64,000 nucleotides of DNA, taken from NCBI RefSeq assembly GCF_054482595.1, contig NZ_CM137008.1; one strand, written 5' to 3'. How positions within the stretch are numbered: the first letter of the stretch is position 1; the number at the start of each line of letters is the position of its first letter. The translations under genes and the position numbers were made by a program. The notes under the pieces are model-generated. The model was not told the origin of the DNA. It searched no databases and worked only from the letters and a program-made list of their open reading frames with translations. This document shows positions 10,645 to 20,528 of this stretch, piece after piece.

Positions 10645-11018
10645 TGTTTCGCCTCCGGATGTTTCCCCTGGGTAATGTTATTTACCGTTCTGTAGTTATC
10701 GCGGGTCATCAGGCCGGTTGCCCTGCGAGCCCGGAGAATATCAATACTGTTTATTAACTGAGAGCGGGTACAGGCGCTGAATCCCGGCTGGTCGGTACGT
10801 ATCAGTGCGTATTTTTCAACGAGAAAGTTCACCGTATCACACAGTGAAATGCCAGCTTCAATATGCTGCTCAATCACACGTTCATCGGCGAACGGTGTGT
10901 CATTCAGTGTGAGGCCATAGTGCTGGTCCAGCAACCGGGACAGCAGTGTCTGCCAGATGGTGACGGGAGGCGGGCAGCGCGATGCCTCCCGTACATGCGT
11001 GTCGGGTAATGTTTTCAT
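10641..11018 (-). CDS. cbtA: CbtA-family (YeeV/YkfI/YpjF) type IV toxin
   Basis: 125 aa. ...IWQTLLSRLLDQHYGLTLNDTPFADERVIEQHIEAGISLCDTVNFLVEKYALIRTDQPGFSA... closely matches the YeeV sequence as I recall it. Confidence 0.85.
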   Translation of the reverse strand: MKTLPDTHVREASRCPPPVTIWQTLLSRLLDQHYGLTLNDTPFADERVIEQHIEAGISLCDTVNFLVEKYALIRTDQPGFSACTRSQLINSIDILRARRATGLMTRDNYRTVNNITQGKHPEAKQ

Positions 11019-11107
11019 ACTGAAGATTTTCCTGATATGCAGAGATGAAAAATGGAAAAGTGGCGTGGTGAAAACACCAGGCCGGAGCAGAAGGTTATTC
11101 CGGAGAG

Positions 11108-11476
11108 TTAATTTTTCATTTCGGGTGTCGGATAAACAGCCAGATAAACGTAACCACAGGAGCCGAGGGTGTCGGCTTCACAGGTCAGCCCCTTCGCATA
11201 CAGTGTCACGGTATGCTGATGGCGGGGATTCAGTTCACCGCTGGTGAGCATGAGCTCCAGTTGTTTCATCAGCAGCGGAAAGGCCTGGTCCAGATGGTAC
11301 GCATCCGCGTCGCTGAACCGGCCTCTGATACCGGCGCGGTCGGCAAGGTAATGCAACTGATTGCCCTCCTGCACCAGACGGGCGCCGAAACAGGGCGTCA
11401 CGGTGCAGGGTAGTCCCCACCAGGGACGGTCATGATTGTCATCGGGATGCGTTGTCCCGGAGAGTGTGTCTGACAC
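11108..11476 (-). CDS. cbeA: CbeA-family (YeeU/YafW/YfjZ) antitoxin
   Basis: GTG start at 11476 (VSDTLSGTTHPDDNHDRPWWGLPCTVTPCFGARLVQEG...). 122 aa. The track start at 11584 is an extension. Confidence 0.85.
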   Translation of the reverse strand: MSDTLSGTTHPDDNHDRPWWGLPCTVTPCFGARLVQEGNQLHYLADRAGIRGRFSDADAYHLDQAFPLLMKQLELMLTSGELNPRHQHTVTLYAKGLTCEADTLGSCGYVYLAVYPTPEMKN

Positions 11477-11525
11477 GATAAAATCCTCACAGAAAATCGG
11501 TGAATGATAGTTTAACGATGACGGG

Positions 11526-12170
11526 TCAGCCGGCGCGCAGACCGGCTTCGGTGAAGGTGTATTCGTTGATGAGTAGGGCCTCATCCACAGCGGCGTCTGA
11601 GGTCAGCCAGTCGTACTCGTTTTCCAGTTGACGGTACAACCAGAAGGCCAGGCCGCGCAGGGCTTCGCTGACAGCGGCTTCCGCATCGGTTGTCATAGTC
11701 TGACCAGTCGGACTGTTCTGGGTGACGGTGATATCCATGCTGTACGGATGGCAGTAGCGTCCCCTGTGGTGGATTTCAGCCTGCAGTTGCCAGAAGTTAC
11801 GCTTTTGCACCGCCTGCAGGGCATCCGCGATACGATGAAGTTCATGCTCCTGTGGGGCATACTTCCGGATTCTTCTGACTGTCGCTGGCTGCCAGTGCCA
11901 GCGTCCTTCAAAACAGGCTCCGTCCCCCTGGCTGCAGAATCCGCTGAACCAGATGCTCGGCTCCTCCATAAACCTGCCGTTGCTGAGCCGGAAAACGCGC
12001 TGGCGGAGGTCAATTCCGAAAATGCCACAGACCTCCCTGAAGTCTTCATACACGTTTTCATACCAGTTGCTGTCAGCATGATGCTGACGGTACCCGTCGC
12101 GGGCTTTTTCCTGTGCGGTGGAGGATAGCTCATTCAGTGTATACACGGTGGTGGTGATAATTCTGTTCAT
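11526..12170 (-). CDS. Conserved hypothetical 214-aa protein inserted between the DUF987 gene and cbeA
   Basis: Long ORF with normal codon usage and a Cys/Trp-rich centre (FSGFCSQGDGACFEGRWHW). I cannot assign a function. Confidence 0.5.
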   Translation of the reverse strand: MNRIITTTVYTLNELSSTAQEKARDGYRQHHADSNWYENVYEDFREVCGIFGIDLRQRVFRLSNGRFMEEPSIWFSGFCSQGDGACFEGRWHWQPATVRRIRKYAPQEHELHRIADALQAVQKRNFWQLQAEIHHRGRYCHPYSMDITVTQNSPTGQTMTTDAEAAVSEALRGLAFWLYRQLENEYDWLTSDAAVDEALLINEYTFTEAGLRAG

Positions 12171-12188
12171 CAGAATTCCCTTCCTGGC

Positions 12189-12410
12189 TCAGTTCAGGGT
12201 GACGCTCATCAGCCGGACATACGGGCCAAAACTGTCCTTACGGCGTTCTGCAAACACGGCCAGTACACCGGGAATATCCTGCACTTCACGACCGGTATAC
12301 GCTTCAGTGCTGCCGTGCCAGCGGTATTTGCCGGTGCAGAACGGAAAAAGACGGGATGCAGGATGCTGTTGGTGAATACGCATGGCTTCACCACGGGTGA
12401 TGATTTTCAT
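12189..12410 (-). CDS. YeeT-like DUF987 protein
   Basis: 73 aa, MKIITRGEAMRIHQQHPASRLFPFCTGKYRWHGS.... It holds the conserved position upstream of the antitoxin. Confidence 0.7.
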   Translation of the reverse strand: MKIITRGEAMRIHQQHPASRLFPFCTGKYRWHGSTEAYTGREVQDIPGVLAVFAERRKDSFGPYVRLMSVTLN

Positions 12411-12478
12411 AGTGGGATACCTCTGAAGACAGAAGATAAAAGTGAAAACAGGTGTGATGTGGTTGTGACGGTGACGGG

Positions 12479-12955
12479 TTAAAGCAGACCATGTTCGGCA
12501 AAGGAGAAAACCTGGCTGCCACCGACTATCAGATGGTCCGGCACCCGGATATCCACCAGGCCCAGTGCCTGTACCAGACGTTCCGTGATAAGGCGGTCTG
12601 CCTTGCTGGGTGTGACTTCACCGGACGGGTGATTGTGTGTCAGCACCACAGCAGCGGCATTGTGATACAGGGCGCGTTTAATCACTTCACGGGGATGGAC
12701 TTCCGTGCGGTTGATGGTGCCGGTGAAGAGGGTTTCACCGGCAATCAGCTGATTCTGGTTGTTCAGATACAGCACCCGGAACTCTTCACGCTCCAGTCCC
12801 GCCATGTTCAGAATCAGCCATTCTCGTGCCGCACGGGTGGAGGTGAAGGCCACGCCGGGTTCATGAAGATGGCGGTCCAGGGTTTTCAGGGCCCGTTGAA
12901 TGAGGCTGCGCTCGCCGGGCGTCATCTCTCCGGGCAGAAAGGAAAGCTGTTGCAT
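12479..12955 (-). CDS. RadC-like JAB/MPN domain protein (YeeS/YkfG/YfjY family)
   Basis: MQQLSFLPGEMTPGERSLIQ... with the JAMM motif HNHPSG. ATG 12970 is an alternative upstream start. Confidence 0.8.
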   Translation of the reverse strand: MQQLSFLPGEMTPGERSLIQRALKTLDRHLHEPGVAFTSTRAAREWLILNMAGLEREEFRVLYLNNQNQLIAGETLFTGTINRTEVHPREVIKRALYHNAAAVVLTHNHPSGEVTPSKADRLITERLVQALGLVDIRVPDHLIVGGSQVFSFAEHGLL

Positions 12956-12970
12956 TGTACTTCTCTCCAT

Positions 12971-13456
12971 TCAGTCGATGATGCGCATAATGGCGCTGCA
13001 TTCCGGATGCTGCAGGGCGTAATCCCGTAGACGGTAATAATGAACCGTCATGGCATAATTCTCTGTACGACAGGCGTGATGGCTGTACGTCATCAGACAG
13101 GCGGCAATACCAGCAGCTTCCGGGCCCATTTCAGCGCGGTTACCATTCATGGCATTGAACAGCACCCAGGTTTCTCCATCATCTTCATCCGGTTCGGGCG
13201 CCATAAATGCGCCGCCGTTATTCAGGGTGTACAGATTCCAGATACCACCGCAGTAGTCTTCACACAGACGGTCCATCCAGCCGAAGACACGGGGCTCCAG
13301 GGTCACCCACTGTGGAATGAGGCCAAAGTGCTGCGGCCAGAAGCTGATACGTTGTTCATCAGGGACGGGAGTAGCAACCAGTTGGGGCTGGTTATTCCCT
13401 GGTGCAGTAGTTACGGAAACAGAAGGTGTGGTGGAGCTATGCGAAAAGGTTGTCAT
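12971..13456 (-). CDS. Antirestriction-family protein (YfjX/KlcA-like)
   Basis: 161 aa with an acidic patch PEPDEDDGETW. It holds the conserved position between the DUF932 and RadC-like genes. Confidence 0.65.
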   Translation of the reverse strand: MTTFSHSSTTPSVSVTTAPGNNQPQLVATPVPDEQRISFWPQHFGLIPQWVTLEPRVFGWMDRLCEDYCGGIWNLYTLNNGGAFMAPEPDEDDGETWVLFNAMNGNRAEMGPEAAGIAACLMTYSHHACRTENYAMTVHYYRLRDYALQHPECSAIMRIID

Positions 13457-13547
13457 GAGATTATTCCTTATAAAAAGTAAATGAATGGAAGAATGCCTGA
13501 GGACTGGTACAGACGTGAGTCAGGGCTGCACTTTCAGGGAAACAGCA

Positions 13548-14366
13548 TCAGCGCATGCTCTCCAGCAGCGTTTCTGCCATCACCCACAATGCGCGATTGA
13601 GCTTAATGTCCGTGTCGATGCTGTGAATGGCCCGGGTGTGGATACGTTTTCCTTTAGCGCTGCGACCGGAAATCCCGCCTTTCAGCATATTCTCCTGGAT
13701 GGTCTGATAAGCACTCCACAGGTCCTTACCGTAATCCTCCCGGCGTCGTGGCGTCAGAATGTCGGCGGTGGTGACGGGCTGATGTTCGTCACCATAACGG
13801 TAAGTCAGTGCCGCCTGTGCCAGCGCCTGACGTGCCGGTGGCGGCAGAATCAGCGACTGCATGGCATCACGCTTTTCCTCAATCCGGTCAAACACGCCCA
13901 CCACCTCGTAAGCCCCTTCGATAACTTTCTCCACTACATTTCCCCGGTGTGGAACACGCACTTCCCCCAGAGACTGACCACAGACGCAGCCGTTCTGGCA
14001 GACGAATCTGAAGTAACCCGGTAGCATCTGGTAGCTGGAGGTACCGTCATGGGAGTTGAGCAGAATAATTTCAGGGACATGTTGTCCGGTTATCTCCCCG
14101 TCACGCCGCAGACGCAGCATGTGTTTGGTGTATTCCCGGCGGCTCTGGTCGCGCACGCGGGTCTGGCAGGCAAAGAACGGCTGAAAGCCTTCCTGCTGCA
14201 GATTTTCCAGGACGGTGATAGTGGGAATGTACGCATAGTGTTCACTTCGGGAGGTATGTCGGTTTTCCCCAAAAATACTCGGTACATGGCGCATCAGTTC
14301 TTCGTGTGTCAGCGGACGGTCACGGCGTATCTGATTTACATGACCAAAACGACTGGCTAATTGCAT
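13548..14366 (-). CDS. DUF932 protein (YfjQ-like)
   Basis: 272 aa, MQLASRFGHVNQIRRDRPLTHEELMRHVPSIFGE.... This is a typical island DUF932 member. Confidence 0.65.
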   Translation of the reverse strand: MQLASRFGHVNQIRRDRPLTHEELMRHVPSIFGENRHTSRSEHYAYIPTITVLENLQQEGFQPFFACQTRVRDQSRREYTKHMLRLRRDGEITGQHVPEIILLNSHDGTSSYQMLPGYFRFVCQNGCVCGQSLGEVRVPHRGNVVEKVIEGAYEVVGVFDRIEEKRDAMQSLILPPPARQALAQAALTYRYGDEHQPVTTADILTPRRREDYGKDLWSAYQTIQENMLKGGISGRSAKGKRIHTRAIHSIDTDIKLNRALWVMAETLLESMR

Positions 14367-14455
14367 ACTTTGCTCCTTATGAATGAGTTAGCGGTATAAA
14401 TGAAAAGGCCGCGTCTCCCGGAGAAGACGCGGCCTGATGGATGAAATGAAGACGT

Positions 14456-14689
14456 TTATTGCCTGAGAATTCCCTCGCTGGCGAGATACGGGTTTAGCTG
14501 TTTTCCGGCATCAGGTTCAAAATTCCAGCAGCGCCAGCGTAGCTGGCCTTCAGCGTTGCGGATCACCAGCCGGAAATGCGTTCCCTGGTCATCTTCAATA
14601 AGCACATTAAGGTAAGCCGTTGTGACGGCAAGAGCCTGGTTGCGTGAGAAAGGGCCTTCGGGCAATAAACGTGATGTACAACCTGGCAT
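14456..14689 (-). CDS. DUF905 small protein (YkfF-like)
   Basis: [55 protein letters not shown] resembles K-12 YkfF. The start is probably ATG 14689. Confidence 0.6.
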   Translation of the reverse strand: MPGCTSRLLPEGPFSRNQALAVTTAYLNVLIEDDQGTHFRLVIRNAEGQLRWRCWNFEPDAGKQLNPYLASEGILRQ

Positions 14690-14759
14690 ATCTGTTGCTC
14701 CCTGTAAGTAAAAGGCCCCGGTCATGATGACCGGGGCCTGAAGGGGAGTGACCTGATTA

Positions 14760-17606
14760 TCAGAAAGTCACATTCAGTGTGGCCTGACCGTTATAACCTT
14801 CAGCGCTGCTGCCGCTGACACTGTGGGCATAACCGGCCTGAACGCCCAGGGTGATATTTTCCCGGACACGGGCTTCCAGTCCGGCCTGCAGGTCCAGTGT
14901 CGTGCCATTCCGGGACGGTGAGAACGTCATGTTACTGCCGGCTGCGGCTGTACCCATGCTCATGTCCCCCCGGGAGCTGAAGGTGCGGATAACAGAAGGC
15001 TGTACCCACCAGTTCACCTGCAGTTCACGCACACTGTGTTTGGCACTGTCGCGCAGGGTGTCACGGGATGAGGTGCCTTTACCAAAGTTCATATCGTTGT
15101 GGCTGCCCAGACGGAAGCCGGCACGCACATGTTGTGCACTGCCATGCCCGAACTTCACATAACCGGCGTTATCCTGGCCGTCATCCAGGGAGAGTCCCTG
15201 CCAGGTGTACTGCAGTTGCGGCTCCAGCATCAGATTGTCAGTGATACTGAAGGGCAGACCGGTTTCCAGTGAGCCCAGCCAGCCCCAGCCCCGGGCGCGG
15301 AAGTCGTTATTGTCCGATGACGCTTTCATGCTGTGGCGGGTTCCCTGTGCCACAATGTCAGCCCACAGGCCGGAGGACGTGTGTGTCAGATTCAGGTATC
15401 CGCCCAGGCTGCCGGCATCATCCCGGACCGTGCCGGCGCGGGAACCGTCATCATCCTTAACATCAACGGAAGAATGGCCTGCAGCACCATATACCCCTGT
15501 CGTCAGAGACATACCGGCAACCTCTGTTCTCAGCAGGTCACCCTCCAGACGGACGAAGCCATAGCTGCCGCTGCTTTCCGGCGTGGCTCCACGGGCAATA
15601 CCGCCGTTGTTATCGTGACCGAGATGACCGCCCTGAATGCTGAGACGGACGCTGTTATTTTCACCGTTTACACCGGTCTGATGGCTGCGGGAGCCTGCCA
15701 GAATCCGGTCATAGTCCATTGCCTGTGTCAACATGGATGTATACAGGGGGACTTCAGCACGATAAGCATTTTCACTGCGCAGGTACCAGTCTTCATCGCT
15801 GTCACGGTTCAGGGTGTAGTTAAAGGCGCCGGCCTGAAGCGGGCGACTCAGAGCAAATGCACCTTCTTCTGTGGTGGCACCATTCTGTGCATCCACAACC
15901 CGGATACCCTGTCCGGAGGTTGCCACCCCGAGGTTACTGTTTCCGACATTTGTAAACGCAAGCCAGGTTTTGCCGGTTGCCTGACCACCATTAATCACCA
16001 GCTGGTCAGAGGCATTGCTGCCATCAAGGCGAACACGCATATTGATGGTGCCACCCTGACCGGTGAGGTTACTGGTGGTCAGTTTATGGAACGTTACCGG
16101 GGCGTCGCCTTTTGCAACAGCACGGCTCAGGACGGCATCCTGTGTCGTCTGATTATCAAAGCGAATCTCCCCTGCGTTAACAATATCGCCGGTACTGACC
16201 ACATCACCATTCAGTACCATGCTGGCGCCTTTACTGAGCTGTGTTCTGCCACTCAGACTTCCCCCGGCAGCCAGCGTCAGTGTTCCACGATGTCCGACAG
16301 TGGTGTTGCCAGCCTGTCCCCCGGCATTAACCGTAAAGCTGCCGCCATTTTCCAGCAGCAGGCCGCTGGCCTGACCGGATATGCCATCAATACTGAACTT
16401 ACCGCTGGCATTGGTCCCCTCAACAGTGGCACCACTGTCTGCAATCAGGGCACCACCGGATGTCATGGTGACACCTGTCGCCTTACCACCGGCAGACACT
16501 GCCAGGGTACCGCCGTCATCCACCCGTGTTTTCTGCGCTGAATGACCCTCCAGTACATCCAGACGACCGCCGGACTCCAGAACAACACCGTCAGCCTTAC
16601 CGTTTTCCACCGCGAAATTGCCCAGACGGTTGCTGCCGGTGACGGTTGCCGCCGTACTGGTGACCAGTGCGCCTCCCTGCTTCAGGGTGACATTCGTGGC
16701 TGTACCACCGGCGTTCACCTGCAGTTTGCCTTTCTGGTTAACGGTGGTGAAATCCGCCAGACCACCTTCCTTGATAATCTGCCAGCCGTCACTGTTCACA
16801 ACAGTGTCAGACGTTGTACCTCCGTTGTGCACATACTGGTACCCCCCATTCAGCGTGGTATCCAGTGCGTGACCATGTACCGTCTGGTCGCCGCCGGCAT
16901 AAACCACCGTGGTGTTTGCCACTCCGGTGGCTACCACAATCTGACGACCATTTTTATTGATGGTGGTACGTACGGCATCTCCGCGAACAAACTGTCCGGT
17001 ATCAGCATTTTCCGCATCCGGTCCTCCTTCTGCGCCGGTATTCACAACCGTGTCGGTTGCCATTGCGCCGGATTTGACGGCCTGCCAGCCCTTCTCATTA
17101 ATGACGGTACCCGTTGCAATCCCGCCTTCATGTACCCACTGCTCACCGCCGTTCAGAGTGGTGTTCACTGCCTGCCCCTGAAGGCTCTGTCCTCCTCCGG
17201 CACTGATAACCGTGTCTGAAACGCTTCCTCCGGCATTCACTCTCTGAAGACCACCACCGGTGACAGTAGTGTTGTTGGCGATACCGCCATTTTGTATCCA
17301 TTGTCCGCCGGTATTGGCCTCGTTATCCGGCCCATACTCCAGCCCGGTACTGATGGTCATTCCGTTGGCCGTACCGAGGACAATCTGGTTGTCATGATTT
17401 GTCAGTGTTCCGTCGTTCACGGTTTCTCCCGCCTGTACAACCGTGTCAGCAGCCAGTGCCGGGACTGATGTGACAGCAGCAAGAGACAGTGCAACCGCCA
17501 CACCGGCGCGTTTTCCCCGTGAGCGGGCCAGTTCGGAGGCCACCACCAGGGTGCCCGTAATGTGATTCCATACCAGCCTGTAGCTGGTGTTCAGATGTCG
17601 TTTCAT
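14760..17606 (-). CDS. flu: Antigen 43-type self-associating autotransporter adhesin
   Basis: Starts [18 protein letters not shown] (extended autotransporter signal peptide) at 17606. The passenger is built of G/T/V-rich ~19-aa repeats. The C-terminal beta-barrel ends ATLNVTF. The track start at 17681 is an extension. Confidence 0.9.
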   Translation of the reverse strand: MKRHLNTSYRLVWNHITGTLVVASELARSRGKRAGVAVALSLAAVTSVPALAADTVVQAGETVNDGTLTNHDNQIVLGTANGMTISTGLEYGPDNEANTGGQWIQNGGIANNTTVTGGGLQRVNAGGSVSDTVISAGGGQSLQGQAVNTTLNGGEQWVHEGGIATGTVINEKGWQAVKSGAMATDTVVNTGAEGGPDAENADTGQFVRGDAVRTTINKNGRQIVVATGVANTTVVYAGGDQTVHGHALDTTLNGGYQYVHNGGTTSDTVVNSDGWQIIKEGGLADFTTVNQKGKLQVNAGGTATNVTLKQGGALVTSTAATVTGSNRLGNFAVENGKADGVVLESGGRLDVLEGHSAQKTRVDDGGTLAVSAGGKATGVTMTSGGALIADSGATVEGTNASGKFSIDGISGQASGLLLENGGSFTVNAGGQAGNTTVGHRGTLTLAAGGSLSGRTQLSKGASMVLNGDVVSTGDIVNAGEIRFDNQTTQDAVLSRAVAKGDAPVTFHKLTTSNLTGQGGTINMRVRLDGSNASDQLVINGGQATGKTWLAFTNVGNSNLGVATSGQGIRVVDAQNGATTEEGAFALSRPLQAGAFNYTLNRDSDEDWYLRSENAYRAEVPLYTSMLTQAMDYDRILAGSRSHQTGVNGENNSVRLSIQGGHLGHDNNGGIARGATPESSGSYGFVRLEGDLLRTEVAGMSLTTGVYGAAGHSSVDVKDDDGSRAGTVRDDAGSLGGYLNLTHTSSGLWADIVAQGTRHSMKASSDNNDFRARGWGWLGSLETGLPFSITDNLMLEPQLQYTWQGLSLDDGQDNAGYVKFGHGSAQHVRAGFRLGSHNDMNFGKGTSSRDTLRDSAKHSVRELQVNWWVQPSVIRTFSSRGDMSMGTAAAGSNMTFSPSRNGTTLDLQAGLEARVRENITLGVQAGYAHSVSGSSAEGYNGQATLNVTF

Positions 17607-17814
17607 CAGCTTTTCCTTACAGAGGGTGAATAAAAAAGCCGGTACCCACAAATGTGGATACCGGCAGGTACAAAACAGCATGGTCAGATAAAGTGGTTTT
17701 TCCCGGGCATAAATGCTTCCCTTCTCTCATCCGCCAGAGAAGTATCAGTCCGTTGTGTGCAATTCCGTTCTGCATGATGAAGAGATTCAGCTGCCTTTTC
17801 GCAGACCATTAACC

Positions 17815-17865
17815 ACTATAAACGATCGATAGTAACGATCGATACCTGTTTTATCGATCGTTTTA
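17815..17865 (-). promoter_or_regulatory. agn43-type Dam/OxyR phase-variation switch
   Basis: Three GATC sites (17824, 17837, 17856) sit inside ACGATCGATAGTAACGATCGATACCTGTTTTATCGATCG, about 220-250 nt upstream of the antigen 43 start. Confidence 0.8.
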
Positions 17866-17977
17866 TTCTATTAACGACAAGGCGGTCACGCAAGAGAAAC
17901 AGGAGGAGTATGAGGGGTTTGTGTCATGTTTTCAGTTGGTTAACGTAATGTTATCAGGCATTTCCCTGGCAGACTGT

Positions 17978-18850
17978 TCAGAAGAAAATCCAGTTCCATA
18001 CAGCGCGGGCAACAGAGACCACCGTGTCACGGACGGCACGCAGAACCGTGCGTGCAACAGAGGCAATACAGACGCTCTCCGCTGTGTCAAATATCCGGTC
18101 CACCGCACCGGTAAACTGTTCACGGGCCTGAGACCGGACAGATTCCGTGCGCAGCTCGTCCTGCAGGCGGGTCATCAGGGGACTGGCGGCATGGTCGGGA
18201 AGCGCTGTCATGAGCGCACTGACCAGCGTATCCAGTTCCCAGCCGGTGCGGGCCGATACGGCCACAACCGGATGTACGGGCCGGAACAGACGGAATACCG
18301 CCTCCGTTTTTTCGCGAATATTCTGTGCCTGTGCGGGAGAAGGCTGAATGCCGGCCATATCCCATTCATGGCAGGGCTCCGTTTTGTCGGCCTGCGTCAC
18401 CACAAACAGCACCTGCTGATGTCCCCGGTGCAGGATGTGTCGCCAGAAATACTCATCCACAGACAGGGCACGGTCATCGGCTTTAATCAGCCACAGTACC
18501 AGGTCAAGTTCAGGCAGAATGTCACGGTACAGGGCTTCATACTCTGCATCCCTGTCCCGGCTCTCGCCCACCCCGGGCAGGTCAGTGATAATCATACTGT
18601 GACCGTGGCCACTCAGACGGAAGCGCCGCACTTCCCGGGTGCCGGCGTGAACATCACTGACCGGGGTGACCTCCCCCTGAAACAGTGCATTACAGAGTGA
18701 GGATTTACCGGCCCCGCTTTTCCCCATAATGCCAATCACGGGTTCGTGACTGGTGAGTTTGCGCAGATGTTCCAGGATGTGACGGGAAAGTGAGTAAGGC
18801 AGGGAGGAGAGCGGTTTTTCAATTGCCTCAATGGCATCAGACGGATTCAT
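17978..18850 (-). CDS. YeeP/YkfA/YfjP-type island GTPase
   Basis: P-loop GKSGAGKSS, starting MNPSDAIEAIEKP at 18850. It lies immediately upstream of antigen 43, as in CP4-44. Confidence 0.8.
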   Translation of the reverse strand: MNPSDAIEAIEKPLSSLPYSLSRHILEHLRKLTSHEPVIGIMGKSGAGKSSLCNALFQGEVTPVSDVHAGTREVRRFRLSGHGHSMIITDLPGVGESRDRDAEYEALYRDILPELDLVLWLIKADDRALSVDEYFWRHILHRGHQQVLFVVTQADKTEPCHEWDMAGIQPSPAQAQNIREKTEAVFRLFRPVHPVVAVSARTGWELDTLVSALMTALPDHAASPLMTRLQDELRTESVRSQAREQFTGAVDRIFDTAESVCIASVARTVLRAVRDTVVSVARAVWNWIFF

Positions 18851-18987
18851 ACATGTATTCCCGGTGAAAAAAGACAAAACCCCCGCACACCGGAAAGGTG
18901 GCGGGGGACTCACGGAGATAATATATGTCTGAAATTATTTGGAATGCAGGTATATGTGGCTGATACAGGTCTGAATCTAATCTGACA

Positions 18988-19011
18988 GTCCGCTCTGTGC
19001 CAGTAGCGGAC
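18988..19011. repeat. Hairpin repeat copy A (GTCCGCT-N10-AGCGGAC)
   Basis: 7-bp perfect stem at the transition from island DNA of normal composition to AT-rich DNA. Confidence 0.6.
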
Positions 19012-19204
19012 GTTACTAACATAATTCAAGAAGATTAAAGTATTCCGGAAACGATTTTGTTAGAATGTTTTAATTATGTAACCAAGATACATTTTCTTAT
19101 GAGAGTATATGCGAGTTTTTATCTTATAATCAGAAGATTACAATCTGAACTTGTGATAGTAAAGTTACATAATTAATTATGTTAACATTGAAAAAATCAT
19201 AGGA

Positions 19205-19945
19205 ATGCTAGTGATAAAGCCTGAAATTACATCTCTATTCAAATACTGCCCTATCGGTAAGAATCAATTAAGTGCTCTTGCACAGCGGAAAATCTGGTAC
19301 TCAAAACCGGCAGGATTTAACGATCCTTTTGACACCCAATTTTATGTGAGAGGACAAAGGCATGTGTACGAACGGGAAATGGACTCTGAAAAATTATCAG
19401 CCATTTTTGGTGAAGATATGTCAGATGTAATGGTTTCCAAAAAACGTTCTCTTGATGAACTTTTGGACAGATTTAAAAGCGGTTTAGAAAAGTTAGGTAT
19501 TCTTTCACTAGCAAGCAGTAACAAAAATTTGCTGATGTGGTCGCATTATGCTTCTGAACATAAAGGTATGTGCTTAGAGTTTAAACGCATCGCCGGCACA
19601 GCCTTAGCAGATGATAAAATAACTAGGCCGATGAATTACAATGATAATTATCCATCGATACAGGCAAGTTCAATTTTAAATGAAGTCGATACATTATCTA
19701 ATAAAATTAGAATATTACATACAAAATCTAAACATTGGGAATACGAGCAGGAGTGGAGGCATGTAGTTGAGCAAGGTAATGAGTTACATCCTTGGCCCGC
19801 AGAATTAATTTCTGTTTATTTCGGCTGCAAGACAGATATGTCAGATATACATTTGGTAAGAAGTATAATTACGGACCCAAATGTTAATTACTATAAAGGA
19901 AATTTGTACAGTGATAAATTTGACATTTATTTTCAACCGATATAA
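19205..19945 (+). CDS. DUF2971-like orphan protein
   Basis: 246 aa in very AT-rich DNA. Motifs LFKY...WYSKPAGFNDPFD, LLMWSHYASEHKGMCLEF and KHWEYEQEWR fit DUF2971 as I remember it. GTG 19211 is an alternative start with better SD spacing. Confidence 0.6.
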   Translation: MLVIKPEITSLFKYCPIGKNQLSALAQRKIWYSKPAGFNDPFDTQFYVRGQRHVYEREMDSEKLSAIFGEDMSDVMVSKKRSLDELLDRFKSGLEKLGILSLASSNKNLLMWSHYASEHKGMCLEFKRIAGTALADDKITRPMNYNDNYPSIQASSILNEVDTLSNKIRILHTKSKHWEYEQEWRHVVEQGNELHPWPAELISVYFGCKTDMSDIHLVRSIITDPNVNYYKGNLYSDKFDIYFQPI

Positions 19946-20006
19946 TTACGTAAAAACATATATACATTAACTAATGTTAAGTATTGTAAATACATCACGA
20001 TCGATT

Positions 20007-20076
20007 GAATGTCTGCTGTTCGCTCGCAGCGGACCTTCAGTTCATGTAACTTTTCCGCTTCGTACCAAAAGCGGAC
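20007..20076. repeat. Hairpin repeat copies B1+B2
   Basis: GAATGTCTGCTG-ttcgctcg-CAGCGGAC (20011-20034) and TCCGCTT-N8-AAGCGGA (20054-20075), between the DUF2971 gene and the GNAT fragment. Confidence 0.6.
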
Positions 20077-20090
20077 GTCAAAATGTATGT

Positions 20091-20438
20091 TCAGCTAGCG
20101 TAAGTTGAGCGTTTCATAATGATGTCTCTCTGCGGGTCTGACCCAACCTGACAAATATGCTCTCCAACCTCGGTAAACCCAAGCTTACGATAAAAAGAGA
20201 TTGCCCTTGGGTTATATTCCCAGACACCTAACCAGACAGGATCCGATCCCTTTGCCTCAAATTCAGCAAAGCACTTTTGCATCAGTGCTTGCGCAAATCC
20301 TTTACCATGGTAGGGCTCATCGACATACAGGCACAGAATTTCTCTGGCATAGATGCTATTGACACAGGGAGGAAACTCTTCCCACCTTAGTTGAGCGTCA
20401 ATTTGTGGCGAAAACCCATGAGTTAGAAATTCAATCAA
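20091..20438 (-). pseudogene. GNAT acetyltransferase, N-terminally truncated
   Basis: Only the C-terminal ~115 aa remain, including the acetyl-CoA motif (HGKGFAQALM). The frame is closed by TAA immediately upstream of a TTG pseudo-start. Confidence 0.6.
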
Positions 20439-20528
20439 TTACAGGAAGGAAAAGTAAAGGAGGGGGTGGCTCTCTTTAGGAGAGCCATGAGTGGAAATGG
20501 ATATTAGAAGAAAGGAGTTGTTTCCACA

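Noticed and set aside
11108-11584. 158-aa version of the antitoxin gene starting at 11584
   Set aside because: The extension overlaps the end of the upstream 214-aa gene. The CbeA-family sequence begins at the GTG at 11476 (VSDTLSGTT...).
15333-17219. Long plus-strand ORFs (402 aa and 225 aa) inside the antigen 43 region
   Set aside because: They are antisense shadows of the repeat-rich, GC-biased autotransporter passenger. They have no start context and no recognisable domains, and the minus-strand gene explains the region fully.
17921-18700. 259-aa plus-strand ORF overlapping the island GTPase gene
   Set aside because: It is antisense to a P-loop GTPase with clear motifs. No SD and no domain signature.
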